A stretch of 64,000 bases of DNA from Naegleria gruberi (lineage: Eukaryota). The notes beneath the pieces were generated by a model. The model worked only from the letters and a program-made list of their open reading frames with translations. It had not been told where the DNA came from and made no database searches. Both the position numbers and the translations under genes were made by a program. Each line of letters starts with the position of its first letter. Within the stretch, counting starts at the first letter, position 1. Where the stretch lies: the NCBI GenBank assembly GCA_000004985.1, contig GG738847.1; one strand, given 5' to 3'. This document shows positions 51,374 through 63,100 of the stretch, one piece after another.

Positions 51374-52342
51374 TTATATGAAATAAGAATTTTCCTGTTC
51401 TTGAGCTTTCTTTTGGTTAAGAAGATCAACTATGACTTTTTGTAGATCGCCATTATATTTCCTTAAATACTTTAAATTTTCATTCTTGTCCACGAACCCC
51501 ATATCAATCAGAATTGCTAGTTCCTTCTCGTATGTAGTAGCAAGGGTATTTACATCACTAGCAGAGGTAGTAGGAGTGTTAGAGTTGAGTGTTGAGAGGC
51601 TCTTTTCAAATGATTGACTGAGCAATTGTAAATTTACATTTTCATCATTTGCATCTGGAACTTTTGGTAGTATATGAGGATTGAATGTGTGATGGCCTCC
51701 ATAATGTTGATCTCTAATATCAGAATTATTATAACATTCCTCACAAAGGTCAAAATTTTCACAATCAGCACACTTGTATCTTTTTCCAACAAAATCTCTA
51801 ATCTGACAACCATCACAAACAGTTCCATAATGTGGTCCATTTTCACTATCTGGTATTACTAGAGAATCCTGTTGTTGTTGCAAATTTGGTAAAAATCGAT
51901 TCATTAATCCAAGTATTTCAGGAATAACTTGATGAGCATTACTAGGTGTAATATCTCTTCTAACAGTTGTATATGGTGAATATCTATTATTTGAGGTGGC
52001 ATCTCTTCTCTTTGATTCTATTGTTTTTTTAATCAATTGAATTTTGAGAAGAGCCATCTGATTCGTGTGACACATATGTAAAGCTGTAACCCATTCTAAC
52101 TCACTACTAAAATCAATCCAATCTTTTTCATCATCCTGATATCTAAATACATAAGTATCCAATGAAACACTTTCTTTGAAACTTGTATTAAAATCTGAAA
52201 TAAATTTATCCAACGATAATAAACCATAGGGAATCAACATTCTTCTCACTTGTGTTGGTGAACACTCAACTCCATTATTATGAATAAACACTTTGCTGTT
52301 GATATTTCTAATCAGCTTGCTTTCCGAATTATCAGTCTCCAT
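51374..52342 (-). CDS. p62/SQSTM1-NBR1-like selective-autophagy receptor (PB1 + ZZ zinc finger + UBA)
   Basis: The N-terminal PB1 domain has an OPCA motif (YVFRYQDDEKDWIDFSSELEWVTAL). The ZZ finger reads CDGCQIRDFVGKRYKCADCENFDLCEECY...HHTF. The C-terminal UBA reads YEKELAILIDMGFVDKNENLKYLRKYNGDLQKVIVDLL. Confidence 0.7.
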   Translation of the reverse strand: METDNSESKLIRNINSKVFIHNNGVECSPTQVRRMLIPYGLLSLDKFISDFNTSFKESVSLDTYVFRYQDDEKDWIDFSSELEWVTALHMCHTNQMALLKIQLIKKTIESKRRDATSNNRYSPYTTVRRDITPSNAHQVIPEILGLMNRFLPNLQQQQDSLVIPDSENGPHYGTVCDGCQIRDFVGKRYKCADCENFDLCEECYNNSDIRDQHYGGHHTFNPHILPKVPDANDENVNLQLLSQSFEKSLSTLNSNTPTTSASDVNTLATTYEKELAILIDMGFVDKNENLKYLRKYNGDLQKVIVDLLNQKKAQEQENSYFI

Positions 52343-52598
52343 GATCGTCCTATTAATGCAATGGTTAGTATCTTGTTGAATTGTTTTTTTTAAATTCTAT
52401 TTTTTGTCTGGCTTCCTTTTTATCCTCTTTGGTGGAACAATTTCATTTTATTGCTTGTACCACAATGATGAGCATGGAAAAACTGAAAGGCATTCAACCA
52501 GGATGAAAGTGCGCCTCTTCAACAATCAAATTGCAGCATACCGCTGATCACTTTGTTTTTAACGTTTTATTTTTAATTAAATTTGCAATTCATAAAAA

Positions 52599-55500
52599 AT
52601 GAGCATACAACCCAGCCAAAATGTTACACTAGAAGAGAAGGTCCACGAGAGGGTTGTGCAGCACGTGCATCTTCCTAAACGTATTTCTCAAATTAAATTT
52701 AGTGTTTTTACTCCGGAAGATATTAGAAGAATGTCTACTGTACAAATTTATAATCAACATTATTATACACCTGATAAGAGAGGTTTTCCTCATGGTCCTC
52801 TTGATCCTAGGTTAGGTACCGGAACAAAAAAGGATATTTGTGAGACTTGTGGATTAGGTGTTGCTGATTGTATTGGACACTATGGATATGTAAAGTTAGA
52901 ATTACCTGTTTTTCATATTGGTTTTATTTCTAATGTTGTGGAAGTTTTACAAAGAATTTGCAAGGATTGTTCTCGTGTTTTACTATCAGACTCTGAAATT
53001 CAATCATTCAGAAACAAATTCAAGAGGCCGATGGACAACCAACAAAAGAAAGCTTTATATAAGAAAGTTGGTGAATTATGTAAAAAATGTTCTCAATGTC
53101 CTCATTGTGGATCATTGAATGGAAAAGTAACCAAATTGAATGCAATTAAAATAGTACACGAAAAGTACAAAGTTGCCTCAACAAGAAAAGGAAAGGATGA
53201 CATTGATCAACAATCAAGAGAATTCCAAAGTGAATTTGGATTGGCTGTTCAATTAAACCCTGAAATCGAGCCATTTTTAGGAGAGGCACAGGATGACATT
53301 AATCCAATTAGATGTCTTAGATTATTTAAAAATATTTCTGATACAGATGTGGAAGTTTTGAACATGAATCCTAAGGTTGTAAGGCCTGAAAACTTTATTC
53401 TTACACACATTCTTGTTCCACCACTTGTTATTAGACCAACTGTTAATACTGACGGTGGTACTAATGAAGACGATCTGACAGCACAAATGAAGAAGATTAT
53501 TGAAACAAATATTATTTTGAGAGAAAGTGTTGAACAAGGTGCAATTGTTCAAAATTTTATGGAAAAATGGGATACTTTGCAACTTGAAACAGCACTTTAT
53601 ATTAACAGTGATACAAGAAATATTCCATCATTTGTAACAAAGAAGAAGGTTAGTAAGACTCTCTGCCAAAGACTTAAGGGTAAGCATGGTAGATTCAGAG
53701 GTAATTTGAGTGGTAAAAGAGCCAACTTTACTGGTCGTACTGTCATTTCACCTGATCCAAACTTGGAAATTAATCAAGTTGCCATTCCAGAGTTGGTTGC
53801 TAAGGTACTTACTTATCCTGAAGTTGTGAACAGAACAAATAAGAAATTATTACAGTCATTAATTTTGAACGGCCCAGAGGTTCACCCTGGTGCAAACTTT
53901 GTTATTAAGAGTGATGGTATTAGAAAGAACCTTGCTTTTGCCAAAGATAAGATGGAAGTTGCTAAAAATTTAAAGTTTGGTGATATTGTCGAACGTCACG
54001 TAATGAATGGAGACTATGCTCTTTTCAACAGACAACCTTCATTGCACAGACTCAGTATTATGTGTCACCGTGTTAAGGTTTTACCTTACAGAACATTCAG
54101 ATTTAACGTTTGCGACTGTGCTCCATATAACGCTGACTTTGATGGTGATGAAATGAACGTTCACATTCCACAAACAGAAGAAGCAAAGGCTGAAGCTGGT
54201 ATGCTTATGGATATTCTTAAAAATCTTATTACTCCAAAGAACGGTGACCCAGTCATTTCTTGTAACCAAGACTTTTTGACTGCTGCCTGGAAAATGACAA
54301 GAAAAAATACTTTCTTTGATAGAGCAGAATTTTGTATGCTTTGTTCTTATATGGGTATTGAGGATAAGAAGATTGATCTTCCTCCTCCAACTATTTTGAA
54401 ACCAATTGAGTTATGGACAGGAAAACAACTTTTCTCACTTTTAGTTAAACCAAACAATAATACTAATGTATTTGTCAACTTTGAAACAAAGGCTAAAAAC
54501 TACCTTAAAGATGAAACAATGTGTCCTAATGATGGTTATGTTTGCTTTAGAAACAGTTATTTGATTTGTGGTAACTTGGATAAGAAAATTCTTGGTGACG
54601 GCAGTAAGAGTTCATTGTTTTATGTTTTAATTAGAACTGTAGGTCCTGCTTATGCTGCAGCTTGTATGGCCAGAGTAGCTAGAGTTGCATCTAGATGGTT
54701 GATGAATTATGGTTTCTCAATTGGTATTGACGATGTCATGCCATCTGCACAACTTACAGAAAAGAAGAAGATGATTTTATCTGAAGGTTATGCTGTTTGT
54801 GACGAATATATCAAACTCTATAAGGATGGTAAATTAGAACCTCAACCAGGTTGCAATATGGAACAAACTCTTGAAGCAAAACTTAACAGAGAACTTTCAG
54901 AAATCAGAGGTAGAGCTGGTAGTATGTGTTTGGATGAGTTGCATTGGCTTAATGCTCCACTTACCATGTCTGTCTGCGGTTCTAAGGGTTCCGTTATTAA
55001 CATTTCACAAATGATTGCTTGTGTAGGTCAGCAAACTGTCGGTGGTACTCGTATTGCTAACGGTTTTATGAACAGAACACTTCCTCACTTCCCAATGTTT
55101 GCCAGAGATCCAGCTGCTAAGGGATTCGTTTCAAACAGTTTCTTTACTGGTCTTACTCCAACTGAATTCTTCTTCCACACTATGGGTGGTAGAGAAGGTA
55201 TCGTCGATACAGCTGTCAAGACAGCCGAAACTGGTTATATGCAAAGAAGATTGATGAAGGCTTTAGAAGATTTGTTTGTTGCATATGATGGTTCTGTAAG
55301 ATCAGCTGACAATACTGTTATTCAATTCAAATATGGTGACGACGGAATGGACCCTCATAGAATGGAAAGTGAAGAGAGTGGTAGACCTCTCAATTTCACA
55401 TTTGTTATGATGCATGAGAAGAATATAAATCTTCCAACCAAGGATGAAAAAGCTCTTACACCTGATGAAATTAGACAAAAGCTTGATTCCTTCCTCAAAG

Positions 55501-56879
55501 AAAAGGAATCTAATATATTTTCTGATAAGTTCATTGATGAATTGAGTACCTTCACAAACAATTATATTTTCAAGTTGGAAAATTTATTGAAGGGTGTTGC
55601 AGCAGCCAATAGTATTAGAGATGAAAATGAAAATAATGCATGGGAAAAGGTTGTTCACTATATTGAAAAGATTACAGATAGACAACTTACTTCATTCTTC
55701 CGTGCTTGTAGAAGCAAGTATTTCCGAGCTCTTGCTGAACCTGGTGAACCTGTAGGCGGTATTGCTGGCCAATCTATTGGTGAACCAACCACACAAATGA
55801 CATTGAAAACTTTCCACTTTGCTGGTGTTGCCAGTATGAACGTTACTTTGGGTGTTCCTCGTATTAAGGAAATTATCGATGCTACCAAGAATATCAGTAC
55901 TCCTATTATTACTGCTTACTTGGATACTCCACTTACAGCAACTAAGAAACAAAAAGAAATGGCTGCTCGTGTTGTTAAGGGTAGAATTGAAAAGACCACT
56001 CTTGGTCAAGTTGTCAACTACATTCGTGAAGTTTACAATTTGGGAATTTGCTACATTGAGATTGATTTGGATGTGAAACAAATTTCTGCACTTCAACTTG
56101 ATATTACACCTGAAACTGTCAAGAATAGTATATTGTACTCTCCTTTAATGAAATTTGAAAAGGGTAAAGAAAAATCAAAGGATAAGACCAAACTTTCTGA
56201 TGAACCAAATCTCGTACAGATTCAAAAGGGTAAAGTAAGAGTTTATCCACCATCTGTAGATAGAGATCGCATGTACTTCAATATTCAAAAATTGAAGAGA
56301 TACTTACCTGAAGTTATTGTTGCTGGTATTCCAACTACCAACAGAGCTGTCATTAACGAAGAAAAAGGAAATGTTTATCTTTTGGTTGAAGGTACTGACT
56401 TGTTGGCTGTTATGGGCACCCCAGGTGTTCTAGCCAAGACAACCAAGACCAACAATATTATTGAAATTTCACAAACTCTAGGAATTGAATCAGCAAGACA
56501 ACTTATCATGGATGAAATCAAGTACACAACTGGTAGTTATGGTATGAATATCGATACCAGACACATTAAGCTCTTGGCTGACATTATGACATTTAAGGGT
56601 GATATTTTCGGTATTCAAAGACACGGTATCATTAAGATCAGAGACAGTGTATTGAAGATGGCCTCTTTCGAACAAACTACAGACCATCTCTTTGAAGCTG
56701 CTTCTCATACTCGTGTTGATGATGTCAATGGTGTTTCTGAATGTATTATCATGGGTGTTCCAATTCCAATTGGTACAGGTTTATTCAGATTATTACAAGA
56801 TGCTCATGTTGATAAGAAACGTTCATTACCAATCAATAGAAAGAAGCCTATTTTTTCAACTAAATCATTACTTTCATAA
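52599..56879 (+). CDS. RPC1: DNA-directed RNA polymerase III largest subunit (RPC1/RPC160)
   Basis: 1,426 aa, single exon. The clamp zinc motif is CETCGLGVADCIGHYGYV. The active-site motif is NADFDGDEMN. The trigger-loop and bridge-helix regions are conserved. There is no heptad CTD. The length fits Pol III rather than Pol I or Pol II. Confidence 0.9.
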   Translation: MSIQPSQNVTLEEKVHERVVQHVHLPKRISQIKFSVFTPEDIRRMSTVQIYNQHYYTPDKRGFPHGPLDPRLGTGTKKDICETCGLGVADCIGHYGYVKLELPVFHIGFISNVVEVLQRICKDCSRVLLSDSEIQSFRNKFKRPMDNQQKKALYKKVGELCKKCSQCPHCGSLNGKVTKLNAIKIVHEKYKVASTRKGKDDIDQQSREFQSEFGLAVQLNPEIEPFLGEAQDDINPIRCLRLFKNISDTDVEVLNMNPKVVRPENFILTHILVPPLVIRPTVNTDGGTNEDDLTAQMKKIIETNIILRESVEQGAIVQNFMEKWDTLQLETALYINSDTRNIPSFVTKKKVSKTLCQRLKGKHGRFRGNLSGKRANFTGRTVISPDPNLEINQVAIPELVAKVLTYPEVVNRTNKKLLQSLILNGPEVHPGANFVIKSDGIRKNLAFAKDKMEVAKNLKFGDIVERHVMNGDYALFNRQPSLHRLSIMCHRVKVLPYRTFRFNVCDCAPYNADFDGDEMNVHIPQTEEAKAEAGMLMDILKNLITPKNGDPVISCNQDFLTAAWKMTRKNTFFDRAEFCMLCSYMGIEDKKIDLPPPTILKPIELWTGKQLFSLLVKPNNNTNVFVNFETKAKNYLKDETMCPNDGYVCFRNSYLICGNLDKKILGDGSKSSLFYVLIRTVGPAYAAACMARVARVASRWLMNYGFSIGIDDVMPSAQLTEKKKMILSEGYAVCDEYIKLYKDGKLEPQPGCNMEQTLEAKLNRELSEIRGRAGSMCLDELHWLNAPLTMSVCGSKGSVINISQMIACVGQQTVGGTRIANGFMNRTLPHFPMFARDPAAKGFVSNSFFTGLTPTEFFFHTMGGREGIVDTAVKTAETGYMQRRLMKALEDLFVAYDGSVRSADNTVIQFKYGDDGMDPHRMESEESGRPLNFTFVMMHEKNINLPTKDEKALTPDEIRQKLDSFLKEKESNIFSDKFIDELSTFTNNYIFKLENLLKGVAAANSIRDENENNAWEKVVHYIEKITDRQLTSFFRACRSKYFRALAEPGEPVGGIAGQSIGEPTTQMTLKTFHFAGVASMNVTLGVPRIKEIIDATKNISTPIITAYLDTPLTATKKQKEMAARVVKGRIEKTTLGQVVNYIREVYNLGICYIEIDLDVKQISALQLDITPETVKNSILYSPLMKFEKGKEKSKDKTKLSDEPNLVQIQKGKVRVYPPSVDRDRMYFNIQKLKRYLPEVIVAGIPTTNRAVINEEKGNVYLLVEGTDLLAVMGTPGVLAKTTKTNNIIEISQTLGIESARQLIMDEIKYTTGSYGMNIDTRHIKLLADIMTFKGDIFGIQRHGIIKIRDSVLKMASFEQTTDHLFEAASHTRVDDVNGVSECIIMGVPIPIGTGLFRLLQDAHVDKKRSLPINRKKPIFSTKSLLS

Positions 56880-56933
56880 TTTATTAAAGATTAAATAATT
56901 TTTAAATAATGTTAATTTTTTTTAATAAATAAA

Positions 56934-57233
56934 ATGCAAACAAGTGATCAGCAAGAAACAACACCATCATCGGAGGAGCAATCAAACATTGCCGATCAAA
57001 ACACTTCTGATAATAATAATACCACAACAACAACAACAACAACAAATACAAGCACTTCGGAAGATGTACAACAAGCCAATCAAGAATTATCAAAAGAATT
57101 AAAGTTGGCAATTTCCGAATTGTCCTTTGGATTTCAATCGATATTTAAACCAGAATTTGATTCTATTTGTTCCCATTTACAAGAGTTGAGGTTGGTTTTT
57201 AAAATTAATGGTGATGAATTTAAAACAATTTAA
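56934..57233 (+). CDS. Small coiled-coil protein, first exon or complete ORF; possible 3' exons up to ~57490
   Basis: The 99-aa ORF has an acidic T-rich N-terminus followed by a helix (ANQELSKELKLAISELSFGFQSIFKPEF). Downstream, a GTAAGT (57341) ... gatgttag (57386) intron would join ...MQEIEQV to LSLMPQYINKLHHLKSEMNAVQEKTTKIKVRSDKLLK*. I could not resolve how these connect to the first ORF. Confidence 0.3.
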   Translation: MQTSDQQETTPSSEEQSNIADQNTSDNNNTTTTTTTTNTSTSEDVQQANQELSKELKLAISELSFGFQSIFKPEFDSICSHLQELRLVFKINGDEFKTI

Positions 57234-57520
57234 TAATTGGAATGTCAAAGACAATCACAACAAATAATACACGATATTGTCAAGGAAAGAAATCAGGATC
57301 TTTCTTCAGTTCCTCACATGCAAGAAATTGAACAAGTTGTAAGTAATTATCAGGAATTGGGATTGTATTAATTTTTTGATGTTAGTTATCACTCATGCCA
57401 CAATATATCAACAAATTACATCATTTGAAGAGTGAAATGAATGCTGTGCAAGAAAAGACAACCAAGATAAAAGTTAGATCAGATAAATTATTGAAATAAA
57501 GTCAATATTGAGTGACTAAT

Positions 57521-59896
57521 TTATTTATTTAATTGATCTCTGATCCAATTTAAAGCAGAACCAGCTCTGAACCATTCAATTTGAGCATTATTCATTGTGT
57601 GTTGAAGTGGAATTTGAATTTCTGGCTTTCCTTTTACAGTTAAAGTGAGTGGAGAATTTGGCTTTAAGTTTTCAACACCAATAACTGAAATTAAATCAGT
57701 TTCTGGATTAATCAAATCATAATCATTTGGATTGACAAAAGTTAATGGCAAAATACCTTGCTTTTTAAGATTAGTTTCATGGATACGAGCGAAACTTCTT
57801 GTAATGACAGCAACACATCCCAAGAAACGTGGTTGTAAGGCAGCATGTTCACGAGCACTTCCTTCACCATAGTTTGAATCACCAATAGCAATCCATGATT
57901 TCTTATATTCTCTTTGATAACTCTTGGCAACTTCTGGAACTGTATCTTCCTTTCCATTGAAAACATTCTTAACCTTATTAATCTTTCCATTCATGGCATT
58001 AACAGCACCAATTAGAGTACAATTACTGATATTTTCCAAGTGACCCTTATAATTAAGCCATTTACCTGCTGGTGAGATGTGATCAGTTGTACATTTACCT
58101 GCAACCTTAATTAAAACAGGAAGTTCAATAAAGTCCTTTCCATCCCATGCATTCCAAGGTTCCAAAATTTGTAAACGATTACTCTTTGGATCAACGTTAA
58201 CATCAATCTTTTTTGCTTGTTCAATATTAGTGAGAGGTTCCAAATATCCACCATCAACCTTTTCATAACCCTTAGCTGGCAATTCATCACTTTGTGGAGG
58301 TTGGAATTTGAATTCCTTTCCATCTGATCCAACCAAAGAATCAGTAATTGGATTAAAATCAATTCTACCAGCAAATGCCATAGCCATTACAAGCATTGGT
58401 GATGTTAAAAAGTGACTAGTCAGTAAATTACCATCATTTCTTCCACTAAAGTTTCTATTAAATGATGAAACAATTGAATTCTTTTCACCTTGCTTATCAG
58501 TTCTATTCCATTGTCCAATACATGGTCCACAAGCATTGGCCAAAACCTTTCCTCCAACTTGTTCAAAAATATCTAACAAACCATCTCTCTTCATGGTTGC
58601 AAAGATTTGTTCTGAACCAGGTGAAATGAATAAATCAGATTTACATTTCAATCCATGTGCAATTGCTTGTTTAGCAATAGATGCAGCACATGTATAATCT
58701 TGATAACTTGAATTTGTACAAGAACCAATCAATGCAGCACTCAATTCAGGTGCCCAATCATTTTCCTTAATACTCTTAGAAAATTCAGAAATTGCATGAC
58801 TTCTGTCAGGTGTTGCTGGACCATTAAGCATTGGTTGCAATTCATTCAAATTAATTTCAATAATTTCATCATACTTTGCACCTTCATCAGCTTTCAAAAC
58901 TTGAGCATAACGATCAGCGTTTTCAGCAATTTTACCACGATTAGTGGCACGTAAATATCTTGACATGGCTTGAGTGTAAGGGAAAATACTGCAAGTTGCA
59001 CCAACTTCAGCACCCATATTACAAATAGTTGCCATACCAGTACAAGATAAAGATTCAACACCTTCTCCAAAATATTCAATAATATAACCAGTACCTCCCT
59101 TGACAGTTAATTTACCTGCCAATTTCAAAATGACATCTTTAGCACTTGCCCATTCATTCAATTTTCCAGTTAATTTAACACCCAAAATCTTTGGTCTTTT
59201 CAGTTCCCAAGGAATTCCACTCATAACATCAACTGCATCAGCACCACCAACACCAATTGCAACCATTCCCAAACCACCTCCATTTGGAGTGTGTGAATCA
59301 CAACCAATCATCATACCACCTGGGAATGCATAATTTTCCAATACAATTTGGTGAATAATGCCACTTCCTGGTTTCCAAAATCCAATTCCATATCTCTGAG
59401 AGGAAGATTCTAAAAAGTTAAAAACTTCACCACTTTCTTGGAATGCTTTTTCAACATCTCTTTTAGCAAGTGTTGGTTTATCACTTTTAATATCGAGAGA
59501 TCCCTCACCAACAATTAAATGGTCACAATGGACACTTGTAGGAACAGCTGTTTTATCCATTCCAGTAATCATAAATTGGAGAATTGCTGTTTGTGCTGAA
59601 GCATCTTGTAAAGCAACACGATCTGGTTTAAAATTCAAATAACTTTCCTTTACACTTTGCAGTGTTTCACTTTCATTGAAGAGGTGAGATTGAAGAATTT
59701 TCTGAGCATAGGTCAATTTATCTTTACCTGATTTCATTCTTTCATAAATTTTAGCTTGTTGTTGAGTTGTATATTCAATGTCACTTTGTGGTGGTAAACT
59801 GGTAAATTTACGACAAGTTTGACTTGTTACAAAACACTTGTTGACCTTTTTCAAATTTCCAACAAGTTTTCTACTATTAGTTTTGTTCATTAACAT
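57521..59896 (-). CDS. Aconitase (aconitate hydratase), mitochondrial type
   Basis: About 790 aa from MLMNKTNSRKL..., with a presequence-like N-terminus. The Fe-S ligand region reads GCDSHTPNGGGLG. ...IGSCTNSS... and ...NACGPCIGQWNR... are also present. The C-terminal swivel domain carries SNYGEGSAREHAALQPRFLG. Confidence 0.9.
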   Translation of the reverse strand: MLMNKTNSRKLVGNLKKVNKCFVTSQTCRKFTSLPPQSDIEYTTQQQAKIYERMKSGKDKLTYAQKILQSHLFNESETLQSVKESYLNFKPDRVALQDASAQTAILQFMITGMDKTAVPTSVHCDHLIVGEGSLDIKSDKPTLAKRDVEKAFQESGEVFNFLESSSQRYGIGFWKPGSGIIHQIVLENYAFPGGMMIGCDSHTPNGGGLGMVAIGVGGADAVDVMSGIPWELKRPKILGVKLTGKLNEWASAKDVILKLAGKLTVKGGTGYIIEYFGEGVESLSCTGMATICNMGAEVGATCSIFPYTQAMSRYLRATNRGKIAENADRYAQVLKADEGAKYDEIIEINLNELQPMLNGPATPDRSHAISEFSKSIKENDWAPELSAALIGSCTNSSYQDYTCAASIAKQAIAHGLKCKSDLFISPGSEQIFATMKRDGLLDIFEQVGGKVLANACGPCIGQWNRTDKQGEKNSIVSSFNRNFSGRNDGNLLTSHFLTSPMLVMAMAFAGRIDFNPITDSLVGSDGKEFKFQPPQSDELPAKGYEKVDGGYLEPLTNIEQAKKIDVNVDPKSNRLQILEPWNAWDGKDFIELPVLIKVAGKCTTDHISPAGKWLNYKGHLENISNCTLIGAVNAMNGKINKVKNVFNGKEDTVPEVAKSYQREYKKSWIAIGDSNYGEGSAREHAALQPRFLGCVAVITRSFARIHETNLKKQGILPLTFVNPNDYDLINPETDLISVIGVENLKPNSPLTLTVKGKPEIQIPLQHTMNNAQIEWFRAGSALNWIRDQLNK

Positions 59897-60155
59897 TTTT
59901 CTAATTTTACAAAGGTTATTATTTCCAGAGTTTTTAGTGAAACAAAAAAGAATCAATTATTGAATTGTTTAAAGTGTGGTGTGGAAGGAGTAACACAATT
60001 CGCTTATTTTTTTTCGTGTGCTAGTTACAAGTTTGTTGCTTGTTGTGAATCATCTGCTTCCGGAGAATTATAAAGCGAAATGAATATGGGAGATGTTACG
60101 AAAATGGAAAGAATGCTGATTTGAGGACAATTTTACAGTAGATTTGTTGTAAACT

Positions 60156-63100
60156 TTATTTACTTTGTGTGGCAGCAAATGTCTCATTGGACTTGACATT
60201 GTCTACTTTTGGTGTTGGAAGAGGTAATTTGATATTGTTTCTATGTAAAACGTATTGAATTAAATCCTTTCCTTCATCAATATCTTCATCAACAAGGAGG
60301 TCACTAACTGTTTGGACAATTTCATTCAATTTACCATTATTGACAGCAACTTGTAAAATGCAAGAGCATGCAGCAATAAATACCTTTGAATTGTACTTGT
60401 CAATCTTGGTGGCGAATTTATAAACCTTATCATCATTGAATTCCTTATCAAATGCTGCAATAGTTTCCAAGAGTCTCAACAACCAGACCAATACAGATTC
60501 GTCCATTGAACATTCGGTAACCTTTTCAATAATGGTATTAATCAAGTCTTCATATTCACCATTCAATGCCTTATTCTTGCTCAACAATTGAGACAAAACA
60601 AATGCGTACTTGGTAATGTTTTCGTCTTCTTCATCTTGAATGCTGTTATTCAATGAGTCAATAAGGGCATCTTCTTCAACATCACCATTATTAATGGTAT
60701 TAATAATAAGGTTTTCATTATAGTATGGGCTGGTGATGTTATCGCAAATGTCAGCTCCATTATTGTTAACTCCACCTCCAATGGACATGACATTATCCAA
60801 AATAAATAACTTGGCATCTTCACTATCATTTTCTACTGGAACTTCCATATCTTCAAGTGATTCCATCAAGTCATCTACTTGCAATTTTGGTACAGTTGGG
60901 TTCAATTCATAGAAATTGTGTTGAGAGCCAAACAATGATGCCAAATATGATACATGCTTAACATTGGCTTCAGTTTGTTTGTACAATCCCAAAATGGTTT
61001 TGATTGCATTAAAGTAATCAATCAGCTCTGGTTCAACATTCAAAATAATGTCAACAATAACCTTGCAACGTTGGGCATTAATCTTGGATGAAGAAAGCTT
61101 GCCTGGGTATTTCAATTCCAAATCTTCCTTTTCATCTTCACTATCTTCTTCGCTTTCATCTTCTTCATCAAAATCAACTTCATAATCAAATGACTTCTTG
61201 TTTGCCAGCAAGTTAATCAACAATAACATAATATGATTGGTATGTTTGAAAGTCTTGAATTGCATATTCTTTGACAATTCTCTCAATAACAACAAGCAGT
61301 TGGCTTGGATAACCTTACTTTCTCTGTTATCTTCGAGTAATAAACCCTTAGCAACAATTGTGAACAACTTCTTCAAAACATCACCACTTAAAGATGTTAA
61401 ATGAGCTGGGTGAGAAGCCAAGAACTTCAAGACCATACTTGAAGCAATTCTCTTATCTTCATCAACATCGTCGTTCAAAATTTCAGCAGAGAGAGATTTA
61501 CAAATGTTAACAATCTTTTCAGTATTAACAGATCCAATCATACTAGTTCTCAATGGCAAGGCATTGTACTTGATTTCATCATCTTGATCATAAGACAAGC
61601 ACAAAACACTTCCATACAAGCTGGTCATATCTACATTATAATTTTCGTTATTGTACCATAAATCAATTACTCTTGCAAGCTTGATACTAGAAATGACAAT
61701 GATCATTTCTTCTTCACCAATAATGGTGTTCAACAATTTGATGATGAGCTTCAATTGGTTCTTGATAATGAACTTATCAATTTCTTGGCTGTACTTGTTG
61801 ATATAAACCAAGTAGCTTGATAAAGCATTAATACAAGCACTTCTTGGATAATCAGAATTTGAGCCACATGACTTGTCGGTACAGTTCTTAATCAATACGT
61901 CAAAGATGATATTCATGAGTTCCAAATTAGTGATTGGTTCCAAAGACTTGGTCTTTGTGAATAAATCTTCCATTGCCTTGAAAACTGATTCCTTAACTTC
62001 ATAATTGTTGGTATGCTTAGATTCTTCCACAAGCACGTTAACAATATTGGCAGTTAAAACAGTAATCAAATCTTGAGTATCAGCCAATTTCATACATTCA
62101 ACTGCTCTACTCAATGAAAGCATAGCACCAGACTTGATTGGATAAGAAGCGTGGAAGGTATTCTTGTAGACCAAGGACAACAAGTTGTTCAATTGAGTAT
62201 TGTTGGCAGTAGTGGTAGAATTATAGAACTTGGTAATTAATTGAATAACGCTATAGTTACCAGCATCCAACAACAATGGATCGTCACTCTTTAACATGTG
62301 AATGATCATGTCTTGGACATATTGTAATTGATCCACAATATTGTACTTGATAGATTGTAACATGAAGAAATTGCAAATACTTTTGGCTGCAATAGCGTTA
62401 CCATTACTTCCAGCCTTATCTTGTTCCTTCTTCTTCATTTGTTGTTCCAAAACTGGGTACAATTGTTTAACAATTTCAACAATATTGATGGTGTGATTGG
62501 TGGCAGTAGAGTCATTGTTAAAGATTTGGGTGTTCAATGACATGGCTTCAAAAGCAAGACAAACACCGTGTCTTTGTTGCCATTGAATATTATCTTGATT
62601 CAAGGTTTGAATCAAGTCACTGATGACTGATTCAACAGAAATAGAGTCAACAACACCTCCAACTTGAATCAAAGTCATTAAGAATTTGATAAATAATTGA
62701 CCATTAGCTCTTCTTACATCAATATCTTGATCTTTGAAAGTAGTGAAAATAGATTCCGTATATCTATTCAACAATTGTGTTGATCCTAAAATAATTGGTG
62801 ATTCTAATGATTTAGTCAAACTTCTAACAGCATATCTTCTAACATAGGAAGAATAAGAACCGAATTGAGAATCAGTAGCATGATTGAACAAAATATCAGT
62901 CATGAAAGTAAATTGTTCGTGTGTAATGATAGAGCAATTTCTCAAAATATATCCTAAAGTATTCATCATACCTTCAACGGATTTGTATGGTTCCTCAGGT
63001 TGTTTCTTCTTTGGATTATTCAAAATATCCAAAATAAAGTCTTGCTTTAAAAAGTCAGCACCAATAACTTTAGATAAACCTCCTAATGATTGTGATGTAG

